Source of the DNA: Candidatus Bathyarchaeia archaeon
Lineage (GTDB): Archaea > Thermoproteota > Bathyarchaeia > Bathyarchaeales > Bathycorpusculaceae
Assembly (NCBI GenBank): GCA_050010515.1
Contig: JBEKKX010000040.1
Coordinates: 1 to 19,678, forward strand
Direction: 5' to 3'
Length of the DNA stretch: 19,678 nucleotides
Shown: piece after piece, positions 1 through 9,214 of the stretch
Numbering within the stretch: position 1 is the first letter of the stretch
Layout of the letters: each line of letters opens with the position of its first letter
Position numbers and translations under genes: made by a program
Notes under the pieces: model-generated
The model's database searches: none
What the model was told of the DNA's origin: nothing
What the model saw: the letters and a program-made list of their open reading frames with translations, nothing else

Positions 1-1119
1 TCTGCGGGTACGGTTGATCGGGGTCAAACTTCAGCTTTGAGTTCGACCACAGTTACGACTGGCACTAGTCCGTACTCGTATCAGTGGCTTGAGGAAGCTC
101 CTGGCGCCACCACCTACTCATCAATTAGCGGTGCAACCTCCAACAGCTATTCTTTTGTTACTTCTGGTTCTACGACCACGGGTACTTACTCTTTTGAGCT
201 TAAAGTGACTGACAGTGCCAGTACCCCGACTATTGTTACATCTAACGCGGTTACGGTTAAGGTGAATTCTGCTTTGGCTGCTCCGACTGCGTCTGCTTCC
301 AAGAGTACGGTTGATCAGGGTCAAACTTCAGCTTTGAGTTCGACCACAGTTACGACTGGCACTAGTCCGTACTCGTATCAGTGGCTTGAGGAGGCTCCTA
401 GCGCTGGTTCTTACTCATCGATTAATGGTGCAATCTCCAACAGCTATTCTTTCGCTACTTCCGGCTCTACGGCTACGGGTACTTGGAGTTTTGAGCTTCA
501 GGTGACTGACAGCGCTAGTATCCCGGTTGTGGTTACTTCTACAGCGGTTTCTGTTGTTGTGAATGTTGCTCCGACTGTGAGTGTGTCGCCTGCTTCTTGG
601 ACTATGGATGTTGGTCAGTCTCAGACGTTCTCGGCTACTGCCTCTGGTGGTTCGGGTAGTTACTCGTCTTATCAGTGGTATGTGGGTGGGGTATCTCAGT
701 CTGGTAAGACTGCTTCAACGTTTAGTTATTCTCCTGCTTCTGCGGGTTCTTACTCGATTACTGTGACGGTTACTGACAGTTTAGGTGCAACGTCAGCTCA
801 GTCTACTGCTGCTACGGTTACGGTGAACTCTAAGCTTGTTGCTCCGACCTTGACGGCTACACCGACTACGGTTGATCAGGGTCAGACTTCATCTTTGACT
901 TCCTCAACTGTTTCGACTGGTACTAGTCCGTATACGTATCAGTGGTTGGAGGAGGCTCCTAGTGGTTCATATGTTGATGTCGGTACGAATTCAGCGAGTT
1001 TCAGTTTTGTCACTACGACTTCTACGGCTACGGGTACTTGGCATTTTGAGCTTCAAGTGACGGATGCTGCTGGGGTTGTTGTGACTTCCAGTGCGGTTAC
1101 GGTTACGGTGAACACTTAG
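1..1119 (+). CDS. Ser/Thr-rich PKD/Ig-like repeat surface protein, 5'-truncated by the window edge
   Basis: The frame is open from base 1 (SAGTVDRGQTSALSS...), so the TTG at 37 is not the true start. Repeated ~90-100 aa beta-sandwich modules (TVDQGQTS...PYSYQW...FELxVTD; MDVGQSQTF...YQWY...ITVTVTD). Ends TVTVNT* with no membrane anchor. Confidence 0.85.
   Translation, partial: SAGTVDRGQTSALSSTTVTTGTSPYSYQWLEEAPGATTYSSISGATSNSYSFVTSGSTTTGTYSFELKVTDSASTPTIVTSNAVTVKVNSALAAPTASASKSTVDQGQTSALSSTTVTTGTSPYSYQWLEEAPSAGSYSSINGAISNSYSFATSGSTATGTWSFELQVTDSASIPVVVTSTAVSVVVNVAPTVSVSPASWTMDVGQSQTFSATASGGSGSYSSYQWYVGGVSQSGKTASTFSYSPASAGSYSITVTVTDSLGATSAQSTAATVTVNSKLVAPTLTATPTTVDQGQTSSLTSSTVSTGTSPYTYQWLEEAPSGSYVDVGTNSASFSFVTTTSTATGTWHFELQVTDAAGVVVTSSAVTVTVNT
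8..399 (+). repeat. Near-identical intragenic direct repeat, 297-bp (99-codon) period
   Basis: 8-102 and 305-399 match at 93/95 positions (mismatches 20/317 and 96/393). A more diverged third copy starts near 866. Confidence 0.9.
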
Positions 1120-1232
1120 GGTTAAGAGGTAAAAAGTATGAGAAAAAAATTATTAACACGTTTGCTTGTCGTATCATTCTTAGTTTTACTTTTCGTTTCC
1201 ATATCTGCGGTCGTCGTTAAAGCAGATAGCGC

Positions 1233-1387
1233 GCATGTGTGTTCCTAAAATGGTGAAAAATGGTTTTAAGTCTGCTTTCTGCTTTTGGGTCACGTTTCAA
1301 AGCATGAACTGTGAATGGTCAACATCGTAGGATAGAGAGCAAAAACGGAATTATGACCAATTTTCACCAATTTCGGAACAGCCATGC
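1233..1387. mobile_element. Non-autonomous MITE-like insertion with long imperfect terminal inverted repeats
   Basis: 1233-1269 matches the reverse complement of 1351-1387 at 30/37 positions (gcatgtgtgttcctaaaatggtgaaaaatggttttaa vs gcatggctgttccgaaattggtgaaaattggtcataa), extending to ~50 bp with one gap. Flanked by GCGC runs (1229-1232, 1388-1391). No coding capacity. Confidence 0.8.
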
Positions 1388-2080
1388 GCGCGCTGACATT
1401 TACTGCCACTGCTAGCGGCGGTTCAGGGTCTTACACGAGTTACCAGTGGTACGTGAATGGACTCTTAGCTCAGTCGGGTGCTGCGCCAATGATGCTTTTC
1501 ACTCCCAGTTCTTCAGGTTCTTACTCGATTACCGTTAATGTTACTGACAGTTTAGGTGCAACGTCAGCTCAGTCTTCCGCTACATCGGTTACGGCGAGTG
1601 CTTCGCCGACTGTGAGTATCGCGCCTGTTGGGTCCGCTTACGATGGATGTTGGTCAGTCCGAGACGTTTACGGCTACTCCTAGTGGCGGTACGGGAACAC
1701 TGAGTTATCAGTGGTACTTGGACGGCGTTGCAGTTGGCACTAACAATGTAAGCTACTCCTACATTGCTTCGGGAACTTCGCATTCGGTTACTTGTACGGT
1801 GACTGATAGCGCTTCTGTTCCGGTTACTTCTGCCGTTTCAAACGCGGTTTCTGTTACTGTTAACCAACTCGCTATTACGGTCATTCAAGGCGCTAACGGA
1901 TTGATTTCGCCTGGAACGATCACTGTTAACTATGGCGCTACTTCAAGCTTCACTATTACGCCTGTTAATGGCTATCACATAGTTGCCGTTCTGGTGGGTA
2001 ATGTTTCTCAGGGAGCTGTTTCATCGTACACGTTTAGCAATGTTACTACGAACTGCTCAATCACCGCGAGCTTTGCAATT

Positions 2081-2137
2081 AACACACCAACTCCAACACC
2101 AACTACAACACCTACACCAACCTCAACACCAACAACC
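2081..2137 (+). repeat. Low-complexity ACA/CCA repeat encoding Pro/Thr linker
   Basis: Encodes NTPTPTPTTTPTPTSTPTT just before the PEF motif. Confidence 0.8.
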
Positions 2138-2648
2138 AAAATCGACCTTACAGTTCCAGAATTTCCTATGCAATCACTAATAATTGCGTTAGTTGTCTCA
2201 ATGATATCAGTCCTAGCTGCGGTTATTGTAACAAAGAAGAGAATGCTTGGAAAAACCAACGTGTTTCAAACAATCTCCCTGCTCCAGTAACGCTCAGTTC
2301 TGTTTCGTTCCAAACTGCTTGGATTTAGCATGGATTGATTTTGTAGTATCTTTGATGGTTCCGGGCCATTTTTATAGTGGATACTTCTAACTTGTGCGGA
2401 TATTAGCTGAGATGCCAGCGACAATAACTTGAGCGTTGGTAACTAGCTTCTATATCGATACTGATTTTTAATTAGTATTAACCATTCATATTCAATAAAT
2501 ACGATTAAGTAGTTTTATTGAATTGAAAGGTGAAGACTATTAACGTTAAATCAATAGGTATAATTTCCCGCTTTAATTTGTTCCAAGCAGTTATGGCGCA
2601 TTTTATTAGTGCGATAAGAAATCATAAGAAATACAACAAGGGATTAGA

Positions 2649-3464
2649 TTGACCTATCAAGCAGTCTTCATCGCGGCACAGGTGGCAGTTTCAGCAGTCT
2701 TGCTCACTTATGCGTCATGGAGTGACTATAAAACTCGCGAAGTAAGCAACCGCGTCTGGGCAATCTATGCACCTATCGCAATCGTGCTCTCGCTAGCAGA
2801 GTTGCTCCTCTATGATCCCTCAAAGCTTGTCCTTTTCGGCGTTAGCGTAGGCTTTACCGTCGGGTTAGCGTTTCTTTTGTTTTATTCAGGTGCATTTGGT
2901 GGCGCTGACTCAAAAGCCCTCATGTGCATCGCCCTTGCCTTGCCATTCGCCCCAGTAACCCTATTCACACCCATCTTAGCTGGAAGCTTGTCCCCCATCT
3001 CACAGGTCATATTCCCATTAACCATATTCAGCAACGCCGTCTTATTCGCAGCAGCAAGCGGCATATACATGATACTGCGCAATTTGGTTTGGCACAAAAA
3101 AAATGGCAAAAAAATGTTTACAGGAACACTTGCACATGAATCGATGTGGAAAAAAGCAGTTATCTTGATAACTGGTTACAAGGTGACGGTTGCAAAGTTA
3201 AAGGAGAAATGGCATGTTTTCCCGATGGAAGATGTAGACGGCAGCGAGACCGCTTTACAAAGAAAACTGGTTGTTATTCCAAGTGATGAGGGACGAGATA
3301 AAATTGTTGAACGCTTATCTAATGCGGTTCAGGCAGGAAAAATCGACACTTATGTGTGGGCAACACCCGGTTTACCAATGCTCATATTCATAACTTTAGG
3401 TTTAATTGTCGCGTTACTATGTGGAGATGTAATTTGGTTGCTAGTTAGATTTATCCTCGGATGA
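2649..3464 (+). CDS. flaK: A24 prepilin/preflagellin peptidase (FlaK/PibD-like)
   Basis: Polytopic membrane protein with both catalytic Asp motifs (WSDYKTREV and FGGADSK) and the archaeal A24B C-terminal motif VWATPGLPMLIFITLG. Confidence 0.88.
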   Translation: MTYQAVFIAAQVAVSAVLLTYASWSDYKTREVSNRVWAIYAPIAIVLSLAELLLYDPSKLVLFGVSVGFTVGLAFLLFYSGAFGGADSKALMCIALALPFAPVTLFTPILAGSLSPISQVIFPLTIFSNAVLFAAASGIYMILRNLVWHKKNGKKMFTGTLAHESMWKKAVILITGYKVTVAKLKEKWHVFPMEDVDGSETALQRKLVVIPSDEGRDKIVERLSNAVQAGKIDTYVWATPGLPMLIFITLGLIVALLCGDVIWLLVRFILG

Positions 3465-3698
3465 AAAATCAAAATCTTCATTGAACATGTTTTTGCCACG
3501 TTTTGAATAAGAGACCGATGCAATCACGGTAAGAACTAAGCCAAAACTAACAAATGCAAGGGCATATCCTTGATATGGATAAGAAGCCCAATTTAGACCA
3601 AAATTTGAGCCGCCTGCTTGGTAAGTATAGAAGAAAGCGCTTATCACGAACAATACAAGCGCCAGTGATAGTAAGCAAACTTCCGTTTTAAACTTCAT
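3441..3698 (-). CDS. Small two-TM membrane protein, unknown function
   Basis: Likely start MKFKTEV at 3698 behind a GGAGGGG RBS (ORF-track start 3746). Two hydrophobic helices. Overlaps the peptidase 3' end by 24 bp. Confidence 0.6.
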   Translation of the reverse strand: MKFKTEVCLLSLALVLFVISAFFYTYQAGGSNFGLNWASYPYQGYALAFVSFGLVLTVIASVSYSKRGKNMFNEDFDFSSEDKSN

Positions 3699-3790
3699 AC
3701 CCCTCCACTCCTCTTCCAAGACCCGTGGCTCTATCTTTTTAATCAAAAGGTATTTTAGCTTTTTGGAAATACACCTACAGGAGCATTCTG

Positions 3791-4897
3791 ATGTACAATC
3801 TGGAGCATAAAAAAGAACTGCAAAGCTTTCTAATGGAGGAGCCGAAAGAATGCAAAGTCGCCGTTTTACCCGATTTTTTCCTTGACAGACTCATAAGTTT
3901 GAACTGGAATCCATCAGAATTTTCAGGGTTAATTTCGGATGTGGCTAAACGAAAAGGCGGCAGCATCGACGGCATCCACCAAACTGACCTGCGAGGCGGA
4001 AACGCCATTAACGTGGCATCAGCCCTAGCCAACCTAGGCGTCGAGGTAACGCCGATTGTTTGCACAAGCGAATACGGCATGCAACAAATAAAATATCACT
4101 TCAAAGACGCTCCGATCAATACTTCACACATAAAAGTTCATGATAAGGCTTCCATAACAACCGCACTGGAGTTCAAAAACAAAAACGAGAAAACAAATGT
4201 TATGCTACGAGACTTAGGGGCACTTGCGGATTTTGGTCCAGCGAACCTCAACGAGAGCGATTATGCCTTGATAGAGAGTGCGGATTATACTTGCCTCTTT
4301 AACTGGGCAGGTACATTAAAATTCGGCACAGCGCTGGCTCAAGCAGTTTTCGGCAGAGCAAAAATGAAGGGCAAAGGCAAAACTTACTATGACACTGCAG
4401 ACCCCACGCCTAACAGCGGTGCAATCGCTGAGTTGATGGAAACGGTCCTGAAATCCAATCAAGTGGACATTCTGAGCCTAAACGAGAATGAAGCAATCAT
4501 TTACGCCTCAATGCTTGACAAGACTCTGGATGGTAAAAAGGGGCATTTTGCGTTTACTGAGTTAGCAATGGAAGCCGCACGCGTTTTAGCAAAGCATTTG
4601 CCAGCAAGAATTGACTTGCATACCACGGTTTTCTCCGCCACTTTAAAGGGAAAAACAGAGGTTGTGGTTCCTACGTTTAAGGTTAAGGTTTTACGGGCAA
4701 CTGGCGCAGGTGACGCTTGGACTGCAGGAAACATTTTAGGCGATAGAAACGGTCTTTCGGACGAGTGTCGTTTAATGTTGGCAAACGCGGTTTCCGCTTG
4801 TTATCTTTCTGACCCTGCTGGAAATCATCCTTCCCAGAGTAAACTTTTGAAGTTTATTCTGAAATCAGAAAGCAAACTAAACGTTTTTTCTTTTTAG
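3791..4897 (+). CDS. PfkB/ribokinase-family carbohydrate kinase
   Basis: GGNAINVASALANLG N-terminal signature, LNENEA, and ATGAGDAW anion-hole/catalytic Asp motif. AGGAG RBS upstream. Confidence 0.88.
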   Translation: MYNLEHKKELQSFLMEEPKECKVAVLPDFFLDRLISLNWNPSEFSGLISDVAKRKGGSIDGIHQTDLRGGNAINVASALANLGVEVTPIVCTSEYGMQQIKYHFKDAPINTSHIKVHDKASITTALEFKNKNEKTNVMLRDLGALADFGPANLNESDYALIESADYTCLFNWAGTLKFGTALAQAVFGRAKMKGKGKTYYDTADPTPNSGAIAELMETVLKSNQVDILSLNENEAIIYASMLDKTLDGKKGHFAFTELAMEAARVLAKHLPARIDLHTTVFSATLKGKTEVVVPTFKVKVLRATGAGDAWTAGNILGDRNGLSDECRLMLANAVSACYLSDPAGNHPSQSKLLKFILKSESKLNVFSF

Positions 4898-4944
4898 CCT
4901 TTTTCAATTTTTCACATTATTTCCAAAGACGCAGATGCCCGTGT

Positions 4945-5805
4945 TCATGGTTTTCCTTCCTCAGAAGAACCTAATTTTTGTAGCATTGTGATGGTGTGGT
5001 AGGTGTCTGCGAAGGTTGATATGCCTAGGTCTGAGCGGGCAAAACCGCCGTTTTTGTTCTGGCACTTCAATATCCAGTCTATCGTTTGTGATGGGTACCG
5101 GCTTTTTTCGCCGAGCAAGTCAAGGGTCATCACGCCGTAGTATGTGTGTTCAATGTAGGGTGAATAATTTATCGGTATAACTGTGAAGCCGCCATAGGGT
5201 TTTTCGCATGCCCTCACAAATGTGACGGTTTCATCTAAATCTTTTAGATTCTTCATAAGAAGGTTCAGAGAAGCGACTGCATAATAGGTAGAGTTAATGT
5301 TTGATTGTCCTTCTATTCCAAATCCGCCGTCTGCGTTTTTGAAGCCAAGCAGCCACTTCGTCACATCTTTCGTGTCGACATTTATTTTCAGCAGGTACGC
5401 AAGTTCTAGTGCCATGAAGGTTGTCGTGAACTCTGAGGAGGCATCAGAAAAAGAGTTGCTGTAACCAAAATAATTCTTGGAGTTGAGAATTGAAGCAATG
5501 CTTTTTTTCAACTTTGCTTCGAGGTCTTCCCTTAGCAGTAATGAAGCCTTAGTAACGTAGTAGGTCGAGTAAATGATGTCCAAGCGAATGCCATTTATGA
5601 ATTTAATTGTCTCCTGCGCGTTGGGAAAATTTGTTTTTAGTAAATTTAGAATGGACAGCCCGTAGTATGTGTCTTGGGCGTTTGATTCTGCACCTTGGCA
5701 AAAAGTGTAGCCGCCATCCTTATTCTGTCGATTAACGACGTAATTTACAACTTTTGAGCGTAAAAGATCATTTAACCGTCTTGGTTTAATCAACGTCATC
5801 GTCAT
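4945..5805 (-). CDS. Prenyltransferase/squalene oxidase (PFTB) repeat protein, prenyltransferase beta-subunit-like
   Basis: Four repeats (RQNKDGGY, FKNADGGF, CEKPYGGF, CQNKNGGF), each followed by a TYY/TYH helix. Probable start MTMTLIKP at 5805 (ORF-track start 5877). Confidence 0.8.
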   Translation of the reverse strand: MTMTLIKPRRLNDLLRSKVVNYVVNRQNKDGGYTFCQGAESNAQDTYYGLSILNLLKTNFPNAQETIKFINGIRLDIIYSTYYVTKASLLLREDLEAKLKKSIASILNSKNYFGYSNSFSDASSEFTTTFMALELAYLLKINVDTKDVTKWLLGFKNADGGFGIEGQSNINSTYYAVASLNLLMKNLKDLDETVTFVRACEKPYGGFTVIPINYSPYIEHTYYGVMTLDLLGEKSRYPSQTIDWILKCQNKNGGFARSDLGISTFADTYHTITMLQKLGSSEEGKP

Positions 5806-6012
5806 CCTTCCACTTCGAATATAGTAGAAGCTATTATCCTCTGCTAAACGGCAAAGGCGGTTAAAGGCGAGCCTCATCGTCCAGTAGTCTTGGATAAGAC
5901 TGCCAAATAAGCGTTTCTTCTTTGTTATAATGGATTGTTTAAATAAGCCAAATTATTTTAAGCAACTAGCTTTAACCATGCAGTAACAATTAACTATAAG
6001 GTTCGGGTACGG

Positions 6013-7377
6013 ATGGCTAAACTGTTCGGAAGCTCAGGCATTAGGGGCTTAGCAAACGTTGATTTGACGCCTCTTTTTGCATGCAAGGTTGGTTTAGCGG
6101 TGGCTGCGTATGCAAAAGCCAAAAAAGCAGTTGTAGCCCGTGACACGCGAGTTTCAGGAGACATGCTTGAGGACGCCTTGGTTTCGGGTTTGCTATCAAG
6201 CGGCACAGACGTTTATTTGGCAGGCATTGTTCCGACGCCCACTTTAGCTTACGCCACAAGAGCGTTAGGAGCCGATGTCGGTTTTATGCTTACTGCCTCG
6301 CATAACCCGCCTCAATATAACGGGATAAAGGTGTTCAGGGGTGACAGCCTATCATACGCTGACGAGGACCAAGATGCTGTAGAAAACAATGCGTTGAAGG
6401 GGACTTTTGCACTGTCAGATTGGCGTAGTCTAGGCAAAACCATCCCTGTTAACGCAAGCCAAATCTATATGCAAATGGCGTTGAAAGCTGCCCCTCTCCA
6501 TAAGCCCTGGCGGGTTGTCGTTGACCCAGGATGCGGCGCCACCTTCAACATTGCCCCTGCACTTCTCAAAGCCATTGGCTGCAAGGTAACTGCTATTAAC
6601 GCTCAACCAGACGGGTATTTTCCAGCGCGAAAATCTGAGCCGACCGCTGATTCTCTCAAGGATTTGGCGACCATTGTCAAAACTCTTGGCGCTGAAGCAG
6701 GCGTTGCTTTTGATGGTGACGGCGACCGAGTAGCTTTCGTCGATGAGAAGGGCGTTTTTGTCAGCTTTGACCGTTCATTGGCTGCGTATGCTGCTTATGC
6801 GCTTAAGCAGAGTGGCGGTGGAACAGTTGTAACAAATGTTGAGGCGTCAATGTGTGTTGAAACTATGGTGCAGGCGCAAGGCGGCAGGGTCATTCGCACC
6901 AGAGTTGGAGATATTTACGTTTCAGAAGCCATTAAGCGGTCGGGTGCAGTTTTCGGCGGTGAACCGTGTGGTGCATGGGTGCATCCGCAAAGTCATTATT
7001 GTCCTGATGGACCGCTTTCTGCAGCGCTAATGTTTAAGGCTTTGGAAGAGGAAAACAAAAGTTTAAGCGAGTTCATCTCTGCTGTTCCAGAGTACATTAC
7101 TCGAAGAGAAAACATTGCCTATAAGAACGCGCAGAAGTATAAGGCAGTGGCAAAAATTGGGGCAGCCCTAAAAACAGAGTTTGCAGATTACAATGATTTC
7201 TCAACGGTTGATGGTGTTCGGTTAACGCTAAAACATGGTTGGTTGCTGGTTCGGGCTTCTGGAACGGAACCGCTTATCCGTTTAACTGTTGAAGGAGAAT
7301 CGTTAGCAGTGGCAAATCATATAACTGAAAAGGCAACAGCAGTAATAAGGAAAGAAGTTGAGGCTGAAATGAAATGA
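6013..7377 (+). CDS. glmM: Phosphoglucosamine mutase (alpha-D-phosphohexomutase family)
   Basis: LFGSSGIRG N-terminus, TASHNP phosphoserine loop, DGDGDR metal loop, RASGTEP C-terminal motif. Coupled to a GlmU-type gene. Confidence 0.9.
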   Translation: MAKLFGSSGIRGLANVDLTPLFACKVGLAVAAYAKAKKAVVARDTRVSGDMLEDALVSGLLSSGTDVYLAGIVPTPTLAYATRALGADVGFMLTASHNPPQYNGIKVFRGDSLSYADEDQDAVENNALKGTFALSDWRSLGKTIPVNASQIYMQMALKAAPLHKPWRVVVDPGCGATFNIAPALLKAIGCKVTAINAQPDGYFPARKSEPTADSLKDLATIVKTLGAEAGVAFDGDGDRVAFVDEKGVFVSFDRSLAAYAAYALKQSGGGTVVTNVEASMCVETMVQAQGGRVIRTRVGDIYVSEAIKRSGAVFGGEPCGAWVHPQSHYCPDGPLSAALMFKALEEENKSLSEFISAVPEYITRRENIAYKNAQKYKAVAKIGAALKTEFADYNDFSTVDGVRLTLKHGWLLVRASGTEPLIRLTVEGESLAVANHITEKATAVIRKEVEAEMK

Positions 7378-8654
7378 AAGCTGTATTACTTGCGGCTGGC
7401 GAAGGCGTCAGGCTTTTGCCCATAACGGCGACGCGTCCTAAGCATTTGATTAAGGTTAGCGGAAAACCGATTCTGCAGTTCTGCTTGGAGGCGGTAAAGA
7501 ACGCTGGAATAACTGAAGCAATAATTGTTACGCATTACATGGGTGACGCGATTCGACAATACTTCGGCGATGGCGAAAAACTTGGCTTACGAATCAGTTA
7601 CGTTGAGCAAAAAGAAGTGCTTGGCACAGGAAACGCCGCTGCTGTTGCTGAGCCGTATGTGGATGATGATTTTGTTCTCGTTTACGGCGACTTACTGTTC
7701 GGTTTAGATGCGGTAAAGAACGTTTTACACTCATATGAACGCGGGAAAACCGCTGCGGTCATGGGTGTCGTCCAGGTTGATAAACCTGAAAGCTACGGAA
7801 TAATCGAGTTAGACGAAGAGAAAAAAGTTAAGCGCATTGTGGAGAAGCCTGTTGCTGGGATGGCGCCGTCAAACTTGGCTAATGCTGGCTTATACGTTTT
7901 TTCCAAGACGGTTTTTGATAAGATAAAGCTGACAAAAGCTTCCGTTCGCGGTGAATGGGAACTCACCGATGCCGTAACCTTGCTGGGTGAAGAAGGCAAA
8001 ACGGTTTTGGCTGCCGAAATTTCGAAGGATGATTGGTTTGATGTTGGTAGGCCTTGGGATTTGCTTGATGCTAACAACTGGGCTTTAAAACGCATGGAGC
8101 TCCAAGTTTTAGGGACAATAGAGCAAGGAGCCCACCTCATCGGTCCAGTTTTTGTCGCGGAATCAGCCCGCATCCGCTCAGGCGCTTACATTGAAGGTCC
8201 AGTCTTTATAGATGAAGACTGCGACGTGGGACCGAACTGTTTCATTCGGTCGGGCACGAGTTTAGGCAGAAACGTGCGTGTAGGCAACGCTTGCGAAATA
8301 AAAAACAGCATCATCATGGACCACACACATGTGGGCCACTTATCCTACGTTGGCGATAGCATCCTTGGCGAACGTTGCAACTTGGGCGCTGGCACTGTTA
8401 TGGCTAATTACCGTTTAGACTCGGGCGCAATCAAAATGATGGTTAAAGACAAGTTGATTAACACTGGCAGGCGGAAACTCGGCGTAGTTCTTGGTGACAA
8501 CGTGAAAACAGGGATTAAATCACTATTTATGCCAGGAATCAAGGTTGGCGTGAACAGTTGGGTGGGACCAAACTTTATGGTTGAGCGTGATTTGCCAGCT
8601 AACTCGATGGCGTTTCTAAAGCAGAATTGCGAAATACGAGAAAAGAAAACCTGA
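7374..8654 (+). CDS. glmU: Bifunctional sugar-1-phosphate nucleotidyltransferase/acetyltransferase (archaeal GlmU type)
   Basis: LAAGEGVRLLPITATRPKHL NTP-transferase motif, hexapeptide left-handed beta-helix (HLSYVGDSILG), TGRRKLG motif. ATGA overlap with glmM. Confidence 0.9.
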   Translation: MKAVLLAAGEGVRLLPITATRPKHLIKVSGKPILQFCLEAVKNAGITEAIIVTHYMGDAIRQYFGDGEKLGLRISYVEQKEVLGTGNAAAVAEPYVDDDFVLVYGDLLFGLDAVKNVLHSYERGKTAAVMGVVQVDKPESYGIIELDEEKKVKRIVEKPVAGMAPSNLANAGLYVFSKTVFDKIKLTKASVRGEWELTDAVTLLGEEGKTVLAAEISKDDWFDVGRPWDLLDANNWALKRMELQVLGTIEQGAHLIGPVFVAESARIRSGAYIEGPVFIDEDCDVGPNCFIRSGTSLGRNVRVGNACEIKNSIIMDHTHVGHLSYVGDSILGERCNLGAGTVMANYRLDSGAIKMMVKDKLINTGRRKLGVVLGDNVKTGIKSLFMPGIKVGVNSWVGPNFMVERDLPANSMAFLKQNCEIREKKT

Positions 8655-8778
8655 CAGTGCATATCCAGTTGAAGCGCTGAAAACTCAAGGTTACCCAAAC
8701 GATAGGTGGAGAGAGGCAGACGGAGAGGGGGAAGACGCCCATATGCACGGGTGTGCTGGTTATCTTTCTTGATAGTAA

Positions 8779-8786
8779 TTTAAATA
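8779..8786 (+). promoter_or_regulatory. Putative archaeal TATA box
   Basis: TTTAAATA ~35 bp upstream of ATG 8822. Confidence 0.4.
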
Positions 8787-8821
8787 TTTGGAAGTTATTT
8801 TTTTTCCGTTAAGGAAACAAA

Positions 8822-9214
8822 ATGTCTCTTGAACAGCAAGCCAGAATTCTTCAAGTCGTTATTTCAAGACCTTGCGGAGTTAGAGACATAATTAAATTGT
8901 TAAAGATAAAAAGTTCTAATATCGTTTCACTTTTGAGACGGATGGAGGATGAAAAGCTAATTGAAGTTCAGTTTGCTAAAGGTCCAAAGAGGGGCAGACC
9001 CAAAAAATGCATTGCCGCTAGCTCTTTAGGCTATGACTTTTTGGATTCTTATAAAAAATTAAACCTTAAACTGCTTACCGCCAGAAAAGCGGAACTTGAC
9101 CATGCCGTAAAAGACGCAATGTATGCCTCTAGGCTCGCTGAAAGCGGTCATTCAACATTTCAAGTTTTCATGGAGCTAAACACCATTGCCAGCAATATTA
9201 AGAACTCTCCATAG
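8822..9214 (+). CDS. Winged-helix DNA-binding protein, putative antitoxin/regulator
   Basis: ArsR/MarR-like pattern (ILQVV...GVRDIIKLL...SSNIVSLLRRMEDEKLI...KRGRPKK...LG) plus a helical C-terminal extension. Overlaps the next gene. Confidence 0.7.
   Translation: MSLEQQARILQVVISRPCGVRDIIKLLKIKSSNIVSLLRRMEDEKLIEVQFAKGPKRGRPKKCIAASSLGYDFLDSYKKLNLKLLTARKAELDHAVKDAMYASRLAESGHSTFQVFMELNTIASNIKNSP

Larger units (their letters stand above)
1138..2290 (+). pseudogene. Disrupted secreted PKD-repeat protein with Pro/Thr linker and PEF-CTERM sorting signal
   Basis: GAGGT RBS at 1126-1130, then ATG 1138 gives MRKKLLTRLLVVSFLVLLFVSISAVVVKA-DSA (signal peptide), interrupted by an inverted-repeat element. 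PKD coding resumes in the same frame at ~1390 (ALTFTATASGG) and shifts frame at ~1628-1632 (SIAPVG to PLTMDVGQ). Ends with PT linker, VPEF, TM helix and KKR. Confidence 0.75.

Noticed and set aside
1228-1394. The 159-nt in-frame insert as an archaeal mRNA intron
   Set aside because: The junctions pair as a near-continuous GC helix rather than a 3-4-3 bulge-helix-bulge, so a MITE fits better.
2291-2648. Hidden gene or RNA in the 358-bp intergenic region
   Set aside because: The frames examined are short and stop-ridden, and no tRNA fold or convincing structure was seen.
8657-8770. Purine-rich tract with 8-bp inverted repeat (gtgcatat/atatgcac) and mini-ORF MHGCAGYLS as an ncRNA or glmS remnant
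   Set aside because: The repeat is short enough to be chance, and the likeness to the GlmS MCGI start is too weak.
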